Source: Oopsacas minuta
Lineage: Eukaryota; Animalia; Porifera
Reading direction: 5' to 3'
Length of the DNA stretch: 64,000 nt
Assembly: GCA_024704765.1 (NCBI GenBank)
Contig: JAKMXF010000295.1
Location: 62,001-126,000 of the forward strand
Below the pieces are notes generated by a model that ran no database searches, was not told the DNA's origin, and saw nothing but the letters and a program-made list of their open reading frames with translations. Below, piece after piece: positions 1 to 10,689 of the stretch (positions within the stretch are counted from its first letter, which is position 1; every line of letters starts with the position of its first letter). The position numbers were made by a program, and so were the translations under genes.

Positions 1-3000
1 ATTTCATTTTACATGATAGTATATCGAATACTATTTTCATAAACCATGGACAAGAATCGGAATGTTTACATTTATAGTTTTTCACCGTTAACCTATCGTG
101 CTTTAGTGAATTCATAAGTCAACAATCATATTAGTTATAAATTAACTTTAACCACCAATAGAACCAAAATTTCTGATTTTCCATCAGCCAATACTGTATT
201 CAAAACATAAACTTTTTCCAAACATAATTGAGGCTTAGGATACCGTGGTTAGAATGAACGATTACAGTAGTCTATCGAAGCCCTATTTTAGCAGTTTAAT
301 GGTTGAAATATACATACTTCCCAAATAGAAATCAAGAAGAATAAAAGAGATGCCTCCCGCAAACTCTTTGCGAGTCGCGCAGTGCAAGTAAGCGTAGCTT
401 GCTTATATGTGTATTATTATAATCTCTGTGTAAATTCCTTAATAATTTATACAGATTAATACACCAAATTAAGTTGATATGTATAGCATTTTCCGCTTAA
501 TTACTAAATTAATGTGCTATTACAAAGCACTCAGCTCAGACCCAGCACGGAGATTAGGTCCCCGCTGAGTATGTGCTGAACAAAGTTCAAAAGGTCCTTT
601 GTGTATATAATCAGGAATATTACAATCTTATGCCAGATATATGGAGTCATCACTGAGTAATTTGTCCCTTCGAGATAGAGGCCGACTTGGTGTCTAAATA
701 ATGAATTAAAGTTGGTATAACTGATACGGACCAAGGTTAGGGGCTCAAAATTTCGTTACAACCTATGGTGTAGAATTTCTTCAAGGGTCCAGGGTGCTGA
801 ATCAGATCTTCGAATTAGACTCGGATTTTGAAAGATCCTAACCATGAACACTTTGTGTGAAGATTTCAAAGCAATCGGATAAGATTTGACTGAGCTACGT
901 GAGTTTGCATTTTCGCCTATCCATGGCCTACAAGGCCGCTCAAATTTTCAAAATGGTTCAAAGGTCCCGCACTGTGGCGTCACCATATATAGTGTTATCA
1001 ACGTGTACTAACACAGGTAATGTTGCTACTATATTTTTACATGCTGTGCGTGAGCCTGATTATTCAATTTCACCCAGCCAGCTCAGAAATTGGCCCACAA
1101 TTTGCTCCAACATTTCAGAAATACTCCATCCTTTGTGTTTGAAGTCTTAAAAGAAATTATGGGCCGAATACTGGGCGGGGCCGGTGCGGCCAGCCCAGTA
1201 ATCGGCACATGAAAAATCGGGCTCTCGCAAAGCATGTAGATATATCTTATTTACATATAACCGTTTTGAAAGCGTTAGTATCTTGGTACATTTGCGGAAT
1301 CTTATACTCTCAAACTCTTTGAAAAAAGTTGGGGTGTAAGTTTCTGCAATTGTACCAATGACCGTTCCGTTCAGTGGAATTTGAAGGCATTTTTCTGTTG
1401 TAATTTTGACATTTAAATTCTTGTAATTTTGTTATTCAAGTGTATATTCTATGTGACATACTAGTTGTTTTTTTTTTTTTTGCTACTGAGACTAACAGGC
1501 TAGTGATGCAAGTGAAAAGATAATCATAGGCCATCAATTATATAAGGATTTGAGAATATTACAAAATACACAAATTACATAAATGTTTGTGGTAAAGAAA
1601 CAAAAGTCAAATTTACACTGTAAATAACATTAATTTCCAGCGTTTCCATAATCTACGAGCTAGGTACACACTGAGTACTTTATAATATATCTAATTAAAG
1701 TATTATGTGCATTTTGAATTAACCAGACAATATGTTAGAACCAACATATATATTGTGTGTAATTCTTTGTTTCACTGCTAACATATGGCTGTTATTCCCT
1801 ACCTTATTTTATTGAAATTCTGCTTTAGATATTTACAATATCCTGGAGTTTATATTTTTCATTTTAGTTATTTCATTTAATATTTATATTTCTTCTGTAT
1901 TCTGATTCTACCTGATGTTTTCATTTCCTTTGTTTCTGCTTGGTGCAATTACATTTCCCAGTATTTATGTTTTTCTTTCGTGGTTCTATTATTCTAAGTA
2001 TAAAGAAATTGCGTCAAGCAAATTTCTTGCAGAAAGGTAATGTTTCTCCAGTTTTTACAATCAATATTCTATAGACTGACCGTTTAAGGCATTTTCAATA
2101 TGTTCTAACGTTTGTGTTCTTTATGATATTTTATTCTATTTTGACATTCCGTAATATATTTCAAGTTTAGATATTCTCTTTGTTTTTTTTGAGTGATAAT
2201 TTTCGATATATGTTCGTTTGCTCCATGTATTTTAGCATATATTTGTCTAGTCTTATTTTAGTGTTTAAAGGTCTGTTTTATTACCCTTTGCCATAGTATT
2301 ATGATACGATTTAGTGGTCCTGGCTAATTCTTCAGGACCAACCATTTGTTTATCGAATTCGTTTTATTATTCTTGCTCATATATTCCATGAATACATGTC
2401 ATCAATCCTAAAATCAAAAGCTTAGTAGTGTGTAGAAACTTTGTATTTTATTGCTTATTAAGCAATAATATGGTAAAATCATTCAATATTGGGTGAGCTT
2501 TATTGAATTTATAATATCAAATGCTATAAAACCGTTTCTATACAAATACTTACAATTCTCATTATAATGTGTGCCTGTTTTTGAGTTTTAGTATATACCA
2601 TTGATTGCGCATTTTTTTCGATTTGACTTGATAATTGGTATAATTTTGGTCTAATCATAATATAGTTTGCACCCGACTTCCCTTACTTTTATAATACATT
2701 TTGATACTATTATCTCTCTTAAGATTTGGGTTTCTTGAAATTGGGATTAGTTTGGCATATCCATATTTGCGTCACCTTTGTAAGTGATATCATATCGAAA
2801 TGTCTTTCAAGTTTGTGGGGGATCTAATTTGTATACTATGCCAGGTGTTTAAAAGCTATGGCGTGCGGAATTTCGGAAAATCACATTAGTTTCCACACCT
2901 CAGCAAATATCCTGACGTCATCACTTTGACTAAATGCTAGCACAATGGAATGATTACGTCATCATGACTGGCAAAAATACGAATATTCCTTATTTCAAAT

Positions 3001-3720
3001 TGAGAATTCCTTTTACTCGAGGTGCTAAGTGCCGAGATCACTAACCAAAAGCCACTTAGTAGCCTCATTGTATTCACAGAGTGCGATTAAAATGTTGTTG
3101 AACGGACAATGGATAATACAACATTTGAGTCCATAGTGCTATTATTATTCACTGAATATGATTCTAACCATTAATACAAAAGACAAGATTCTAGTAATTC
3201 AATAAATTGTATAACTAATGGTTTGCTCATACGTGTCCTGATATAATTATTCTTGAAAATGATATATGTCTTATCATGGCAATCCGCCACGTATTCACTA
3301 AGCATACTTAGTACTTAAGTACTAAGTACGTACTTAAGTACTAAGTATGTACTTAAGTCGTATTCACTAAGAGTTAAGTATGACTTATATTCATGAATTT
3401 GTGAGTTTCTGATGGATTGCTTTACAGAATTACTTTCAATCATCCAGGAATATATTTTCAAAACTTTTCATGGTTTATGCATGATCTCACGATAATATTG
3501 TGGTTTATGTTCATGAAATACTTCACAAAAAATGTTACAAGGAATTCCTTGAACGCTTATGATATAACATATCTGTTACTAAGGAATGCATTACTTTGTA
3601 TGTAATGTTAAATACTATCATTTTGAATTATACATTCCAAGTTACACTAATGACTGTTTTGCTAAATACAATTATGATCAAATATAATATATAAATATTC
3701 CAGTATTTTAATATAAACAA

Positions 3721-4632
3721 ATGGCACAGATGATTCCACGATTTCTCGCAGAAGAAGAAACCTCTTCCTCAATGGCACGTCAACGAGTTTTCAGGGATCT
3801 CAATGATCCCCTAGATTGTTATGATGATATGGAACTTGTTCGACGTTTCCGTTTCTCTAGAGCTTCAATATCTAAAATTACAGAGTTGATAGCTAACTAT
3901 TTGAATTTCACCGAGCGTTCTTGTGCTGCTTCCCCTCACTTGCAAGTTTGTGTGGCACTTCAATTTTTCGCTTCTGGAACGTTCCAGATAATTTGTGGAG
4001 ATGGGATAAACGTAAGCCAAGCTTCTGCCTCTCGTTATATCCGAGATGTTTCTCTGGGTTTGCAAGCTATATACCATCAGTTTGTTAGTTTGCCTGCTGG
4101 TCTCAAGAGAGTAGAAGTCAAAAACAAGTTTTCTGAGATTGCTCACTTTCCAGGCGTAGTAGGATTAGTTAACGGAACACACATACGAATCCAAAGACCC
4201 TGGGAAAATGAAGCAGATTATATAAATCGGCATTTTTACCACTTAATTAACGTCCATGCTATTTGCCAACCAGATGGAATGTTTAGTGATGTATTGGCAC
4301 GTTTTCCTTGGTCTGTTCACGATTCACGGATTTGGAAGATTTCAGGTGTTGGAATGCATGTTGAAAATACCTTTTCAATAGGGGAGCATATATTAGGAGA
4401 TAGCGGTTACATGATGAGGCCACATTTACTCACTCCTTATCGCCAGCCAATATCCACTCCCCAATTTAACTACAACTATGCACATAAGAGGACAAGGGTT
4501 ATTGTTGAACAGACATTTGGGCGATGGAAACGAAGATTCCACTGTCTTCATGGAGAGCTCAGGATGAGTCCAGATAAAGTTTGTTCCATCATAGTTGCTT
4601 GTGCAGTATTGCATAACATAGCAATACAGTAG
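3721..4632 (+). pseudogene. Harbinger (HARBI1-like) DDE transposase, probably inactivated
   Basis: Motifs ALQFFASG, VNGTHI (canonical DGTHI, first Asp is AAC=Asn at 4171), HDSRIW, GDSGY, RVIVEQTFGRWKRRF, CAVLHNI. TAG at 4630 precedes an acidic tail that continues in frame (KQPLLEDEVSDD). Confidence 0.88.
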
Positions 4633-4842
4633 AAACAACCTCTCTTAGAGGATGAAGTCTCCGATGATTCCTATCCGGATGATGTTCTTGACTTTGAAGA
4701 AACTGTGGGCATTTGGCATCAAAGCATTACAGGGATCAATTCTCTATTCATAATTTCAGCAACTAAATTCACATAGCATATATGTTGTGATGTAGATATG
4801 TAAACATTTTGCACAGTTTGTGATTATAGGGTAACATGGAAA

Positions 4843-4922
4843 TTGTAGTTTTGAAACATCTAAGTAGGGTGTTGGTCTTTGTAGTTTTGAAACATCTAAG
4901 TAGGATGTTGGTCTTTGTAGTT
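4843..4922 (+). repeat. 36-bp direct tandem duplication (about 2.2 copies) in the Harbinger inter-ORF spacer
   Basis: TTGTAGTTTTGAAACATCTAAGTAGG(G/A)TGTTGGTCT at 4843 and 4879, partial third copy at 4915. Confidence 0.9.
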
Positions 4923-5032
4923 GGGATATTTATTTGTGAAATGTATCAAGTATCGCACTTGAATTGGGAGCTAGTTGTTGCATTATGAAAACTATAAATT
5001 GGTGGCGGTTATTGATATTGCAAAGAAAGAGT

Positions 5033-5758
5033 ATGGACAAAGGTCGCAAAGTAAATTGGACAAAGGAGGAGGAGTATAAACTCATTGAGGCAATCCAGGA
5101 TGCTGGAGATATATTGAGAGGGACTGCTGGTCAGTGCGCGGAGATAAACAAAAAAAAAACGAGGCTTTGGAACAATGTTATGAGGAAAATCAATTCCATC
5201 CATGGCAACAACCGAGATGTGAAAGATATTAAGAAGAAGTGGAACAATCTAAAAGGTTCCGCAAAAGCCCGTGTGGATTCCAATCGAAGGGAAGCGAGGA
5301 GGACAGGAGGAGGGCCAAATGAAGCTGGTAAAGTGGAGGATGAAGACATTCGGGTCCTTAGCTCCGACAGGGAAATATCCACATATGTGACGGAGAGAGT
5401 ATCACAGATGTTCTCAAGTACGCCAGCGTTCTCTGGAATATGTGGTAGTGTTGATATGTTTCAAGCCCCAACAACATTGCCTTCACACACTGAGATTAGC
5501 GAAAGCAGAGAAGTAACACCAGTGTTTGAGGGACCAGAAGTTACTGTAGTTAACAGTCGTCCAGAGGGAAGGCGTAGGCGTAAGAGGAGCATCGAACAGT
5601 CAACAAAGGTCTCTGATTTACTTCCTCTGCAACGAGAAGTGCTCCTTAAACAGATGGAAGTATTCTCGGCTCAACTACAGCTGATTGAAGAGCAGAGGGA
5701 GTATTATCGTCATAAAAAGCAGAGTCTTTTAGAAAAAGATCAACAGCAGCAGCTTTAG
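5033..5758 (+). CDS. Harbinger ORF2, Myb/SANT-like (trihelix) DNA-binding protein
   Basis: MDKGRKVNWTKEEEYKLI...W..V...INS....RD...IKKKWNNLK...RRTGGG, then a low-complexity linker and a C-terminal coiled-coil-like segment. Open frame; ATG at 5033 preferred over the TTG start of the ORF track. Confidence 0.88.
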   Translation: MDKGRKVNWTKEEEYKLIEAIQDAGDILRGTAGQCAEINKKKTRLWNNVMRKINSIHGNNRDVKDIKKKWNNLKGSAKARVDSNRREARRTGGGPNEAGKVEDEDIRVLSSDREISTYVTERVSQMFSSTPAFSGICGSVDMFQAPTTLPSHTEISESREVTPVFEGPEVTVVNSRPEGRRRRKRSIEQSTKVSDLLPLQREVLLKQMEVFSAQLQLIEEQREYYRHKKQSLLEKDQQQQL

Positions 5759-6132
5759 ATATACGATTTAGCCATATTGTAACATCATAGAAAATCATAA
5801 TTTATAGTGAAAGTATGAATTAATCAAAGAAAACGAGTGACTGAAGTGATTACATCAATGTTATCGATAATTATAATATGTTTGGAAACTTAAAATAGAG
5901 CTTGAATAACTTAATCAACCTCGGTAGGTTACTTAACTTTTGTACTTAAGTACATACTTAAGTATGAGCTTAAATCTTAGTGAATACCAATCTTAGTGAA
6001 TACGGTTTAAGTATGTACTTAGTACTTAGGTATGCTTAGTGAATACGGCCTCCGTTAAAAGATCAAATCTTGCCCAGGCGTTATTAATACATTTGTTCTC
6101 AACACAAACATCACTCATTTTCCGGACTGCGA

Positions 6133-9100
6133 CAGAGGCGGAACTACACACGGGCCTACCCGGGCCTGTGCCCAGGTAAATGAGGATTATGCCCAGGCAC
6201 AGGCCCAGGTAAATGAAAATTGTCCTTGAGTTGCTGAGATCTGATATATGTGTAATTATTATACTAGATTATTCTTAATTCGATATTTTTAACTAACATC
6301 AGACCGTGTTATGTTAATGTTGAGCGTCATTATACGCAATGCGTTAGTTTAATTTTTATCAACCCATATTGTATTATAATGTAGGAAGATGTAATTTTGA
6401 ATACACGTACTTAGAATGCAATTTAGTGTTCTAGCTTCTCGAGGTAAATTGGCCTTCTAACAATAGCTATTGATATTTATCATCGCAATGGTGATTACAA
6501 CACGATAAGTATTTTCTTTAATTATTTAATGCTCATGTTTTCTTTTAACTTCTTTTTCACAATTTAGTACAATGTCTAATCCCAAATCTTGGCTACAATT
6601 AACTCTCGTTGATTTTCAAGCGAAACGGCAATATCTTGTGCCTAATAATTATTCTCATGATTCAATTTCTTCGCAATTTAGTCTTACTGATGCAACTCAA
6701 TCTTATTCTCTTACTAGTTTCCAGGAAACAGCTGGAATTGAAGTTGCTAATTTGGCTCTTTTAGGAGACACAAATGAGAATATTGCTGTACACTCTTCAG
6801 ATCATCTTGTACATATCACACTTCCTCGGGATGGAAATACAGTTACTCCGATATCCAGCGTCAGTGATATTTATAAAGGTCGCAGGAAAAACCTACCTAA
6901 CCCGATAGATTCCTAACTATATTCCCATCGACTTCTATTGGAGGAAAAAAAGTTCGTTTAATCCTGACTGGTTCCTCATTTATGAATGGCTAGAGTACTC
7001 TATTACGAAAGATTCGGTATATTGTTTCCTTGCCGTCATTTTTCAAGGAACAGAACATATTCTAAACATTCTTTTACAAAACTTGGTTTTAATGATTGGA
7101 AACATGCAGTAGGAAAGGATGGAATTATTTCTTGTCACGCTGCTGCTAAATCTCATATTGATACTATGCAATCCTGGGTGGATTGGAAAATAAATGAACA
7201 TTTTGGAACATCAGTTGATCATCGTCTTGAAACTAGTAGAAGAGAACGAATCAACCTTGATAAACATTATTTGAAAACAGTTGCTGAAGTTCTCTTATTA
7301 TGTAGTCGAACCGAGATTTCTCTTCGGGGTCATGATGAATCAATTGAGTCTAATAACAGAGGAAATTTTCTTGAAATCCTCGATGTTGTTGCTAATCATG
7401 ATACTCTAGTTAAAAAGAGAATGGAAATGGGCCAGAAAAATACCAAATATTTATCAGGCAGAAATACAAAATGAAATCCTGAATGTTATGGGCAATATGG
7501 TTCGAGATATTATATGTCTGACATCCATGTTGCTGAGTTATATTCTTTGATAGCTGATGAATCCAAAGATGCGAGCAAAAAAGAACAGCTCTCTATTTGT
7601 GTTAGATATGTTAATGCTAATTCTATCATAAACGAAAGATTCTTAACCTACGTTGAAATTTCATCGCAAAATGCAGAAAGTTTATCTCATCATATCTTAA
7701 CCACGTTGAAAGAAAACGCACTGAATCCGTTAAATATGGTTTCTCAAGCCTACGATGGTGCTTCTGTCATGAGCGGGAGGTGCAGGGGGTCCAAGCACGC
7801 ATCAAAGAGTTTGCACCAAAGGCTATATATGTTCACTGCTACGCACATTCACTGAATTTAGCCTTAGTTGATTGCATTAAGAGTGTATAACATGCTTGGG
7901 ATTTTTTCAGTTTAATAGAAGCTCTGTACATATTCGTTTCAACATCTAAAGCACACCCAATTTATCTGAATAAATAACAATTACTTCATCCTGGGAAACA
8001 AACTCGTAATTTGGCAAAGTTGTCTGATACGCGATGGTCTTGTCGCTACCGTTCATTGAACTCAATATGTTATACTTTTGATGCACTAATAGCTACTCCT
8101 GAAGAATTTTGGCATGGAAATGATCGTTCAAAAGCAATTGAAGCTAATGGACTTCTATTACAGATAAAAACCTTTAAATTTTTGCTTACTCTTATTATAT
8201 TTGATAAGATTTTTTCCAATACGAATGTATTGTCTGAATGTCTCCAGAGTAGTCATATAGATTCCTCCACAGCTGTTGATTTAGTCTCTGCCACAACTTT
8301 GATTTTAGAAGAATTACGCTTTATTGAAGAGTGGGAGAGAATTATTTCTTATACTCGGGATGTTGCAAACTTAAATGCCATTGATTTCTGTTTTCCTTCG
8401 CAACCTAGACAAAGAAAACTACCTGGTTCTTAGGAAAATTGTGACATTTCATCCCCAGTAGGTAATCGATCCATCCTTTCTACGGAAGAACAATACAGGA
8501 ACAATCTATATCTACCAGTCATTGATAGACTGTTAGCAGAATTAAACCATCGATTTAATTCAAATAGTAGAGTCCTTATGGAAGCAATTCAAGCCTTCAA
8601 CTCAAATTCAGGAAACTTTCTAGAAGCAGCAGAAATCGATGAATTTGCTCAGGCTTATAACATTGATTCCCACCATTTGAATCTTGAATCAAAACTCGCA
8701 AAGCGTGCAATGATAGCATTCAAATTAGAAAGTATCAATAGCTTGTTACTGAAGCTTTTACCTCTAGAAACTGCCTTTCCAAACTTAGTAAAGGCCATAC
8801 GAATCGCAATGACCATTGGTGTTGGCAGTGCACATTCCGAGAGATCTTTTTCTACACTTAACCGTGTGAAAAACTATTTAAGGACAACAATGGGTCGCCA
8901 GCGGCTCACAAACCCCTGTATTTTGAGCATCGAGAGTACAATCTCAAACAATCTAGATTTAGATGAGGTAGTTTAGAAGTTCTGTTCAAGTAACATCAAC
9001 CGTAGGATTACATAAGTATGACCATAAGAGTTTTGTATTGGTTATCGACAATATTTACTAAAAATATGATAACAAGAATAATTTATTATACTCCGCTTGA

Positions 9101-9219
9101 GTTGAATATAGACTAGAACATGTATTTACTAAAAACATTTGCTTTGATTTATGGTCAATTTATGGGTTGTTGGATGTTGCGTTGTGCCCGGGGAAATAAA
9201 AGTCCTAGTTCCGCCACTG
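6133..9219 (+). mobile_element. Full-length hAT transposon (ZMYM1-like/TTF zinc-finger type), decayed
   Basis: TIR CAGAGGCGGAACTA / TAGTTCCGCCACTG. Perfect 8-bp TSD GACTGCGA (6125-6132, 9220-9227). GCCCAGG subterminal repeats. Confidence 0.95.
6572..9015 (+). pseudogene. hAT transposase with several stops and frameshifts
   Basis: Across frames: WLEYS..D..YCFPCRHF, LRGHDES..N.GNFLE, LIADESKDASKKEQ, QAYDGASVM, DTRWSCR, AHSERSFSTL.RVKNYLR (dimerisation region). Confidence 0.92.
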
Positions 9220-9662
9220 GACTGCGATCCAGATTCTCAGTCCGCTGAAGTCTAAATGAATTTCTTACCCTCTCTCAACAGGAATCTGCAGAACCTCAGC
9301 ACATTACCCCCCAACCTCCGATCCAAGTTGTAAAGATTTTAACGCATATCATAGCTTATTAAGGAAAAGGCCTGATCACTACTTTAGACCAGGGATAAGA
9401 GGAAGTGGATGTATTTTAATTGGAAAATCTATAATGGCCGATAAGAAACTGATTCATTTTCACCCGAATATACGTATTATTGATATGTAAGAATTCACAA
9501 ATGTTCAGATCGAAGTGACGTCATTTGTTAGCGTAATTGGCATATATATATATATATATTAAATTGCTCCATCTTTGAAACCATGTGTAATGTTAATTCT
9601 TAATCATTGTTCAAAAGTTTGAAGTACCAGATGATTTACACCGTCTCTGTACAAAATATGAA

Positions 9663-10092
9663 GATTTTTTCATGACAAAGTTGGTACTTTTCTGAGTTAT
9701 CGCACAGGCCATCGATGCCACATGTTGTGCCAATATCCACTTATAACTCAATAATTGTGGAAATTATGGTCAAATCAGGATAGCCATTTTATAGTATTCA
9801 CCCAACTTCCCATACCCGTGTGATACATTTTGATATGATATCTCATACCAATAAGAGGTAATAATGAATACGCTCATTTATGGTTATTTTAAATATTTGC
9901 AATAATCTTGAGAGATATCATATGAAGATGTATCATAAGGGCATGTGAAATTAGGTGTATACTATAAAATGGCTATCCTAATTGAACCATAATTTCCACG
10001 ATTATCGTATTCTAAGTGGATATTTGAAAACATGTGACATCGATGGTCTGTGCGATATCTCTGAAACGTGCCAACTTTATGATGAAAAAATC
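9663..10092. mobile_element. Foldback/MITE-like element with about 150-bp imperfect inverted arms
   Basis: Arm 9663-~9830 (...GGAAATTATGGTC...GGATAGCCATTTTATAGTAT) is the reverse complement of arm ~9950-10092 (ATACTATAAAATGGCTATCC...CCATAATTTCC...CCAACTTT...GAAAAAATC). Confidence 0.75.
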
Positions 10093-10229
10093 GTATGTTA
10101 TGTACAGTGATGGTCTTAGATCATTAGTTATTTGAACATTTTGAACATTTGTGGTTGTGTTGTTTGTGTCTGGGGTTTGAATGTTACCAGCGAATGAGAA
10201 TAAATACAGGTTTGCAGAGAACAGTTGCA

Positions 10230-10520
10230 GTTTTGTTCCTGGATGGAATAATTTGCACGATGGTAGGTCGAAGCTTCTGAGGCCTTCAGGATCTGATGCT
10301 AGCTTGCTGTAACATAATGCGCATCATTACTTGGCAAGTGTTAAGGCTGCTCACGTGAACCAACTAAGGATTAATGCCAAAGTCTGCAGCAGGAAGAAAC
10401 AGGAGATGCAGAGGTATAGGATTGGCCTGGATGCTGTATTTAAGGCATAGAACAACTCTTGCTCAGACAAGGATTGCCGCTACCAGGTCACGATGAAGAA
10501 AGGATAGGTCAAACCTCTGG
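10230..10520 (+). pseudogene. Isolated hAT transposase N-terminal fragment
   Basis: Translates to ...GWNNLHDG... and LLRQGLPLPGHDEE (10461-10500), matching the RQGLPLRGHDE motif of the ZMYM1-like hATs elsewhere in the window. Confidence 0.65.
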
Positions 10521-10689
10521 TAAGAGGTTAAACATATTTTCAAGTTTTATTGAGGATTTGATATCCTACTTTAAAGGCTCAAGGTTTATTTCTGTACCAT
10601 TAGAGAAAGAATATCTCAAGCATCCCTTATGATATCCCTTGTAAATGTGAAAACTTGGTGGCACAGACTCCAAACCACTCTCCACAGCG

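Larger units (their letters stand above)
3290..6050 (+). mobile_element. PIF/Harbinger DNA transposon, two ORFs in tandem, decayed
   Basis: Terminal inverted repeat CGTATTCACTAAGCATAC (3290) / GTATGCTTAGTGAATACG (ends 6047) with palindromic TACTTAAGTA subterminal repeats. Contains a HARBI1-type nuclease ORF followed by a Myb/SANT-like ORF. The outermost left bases and a 3-bp TSD could not be resolved. Confidence 0.9.
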
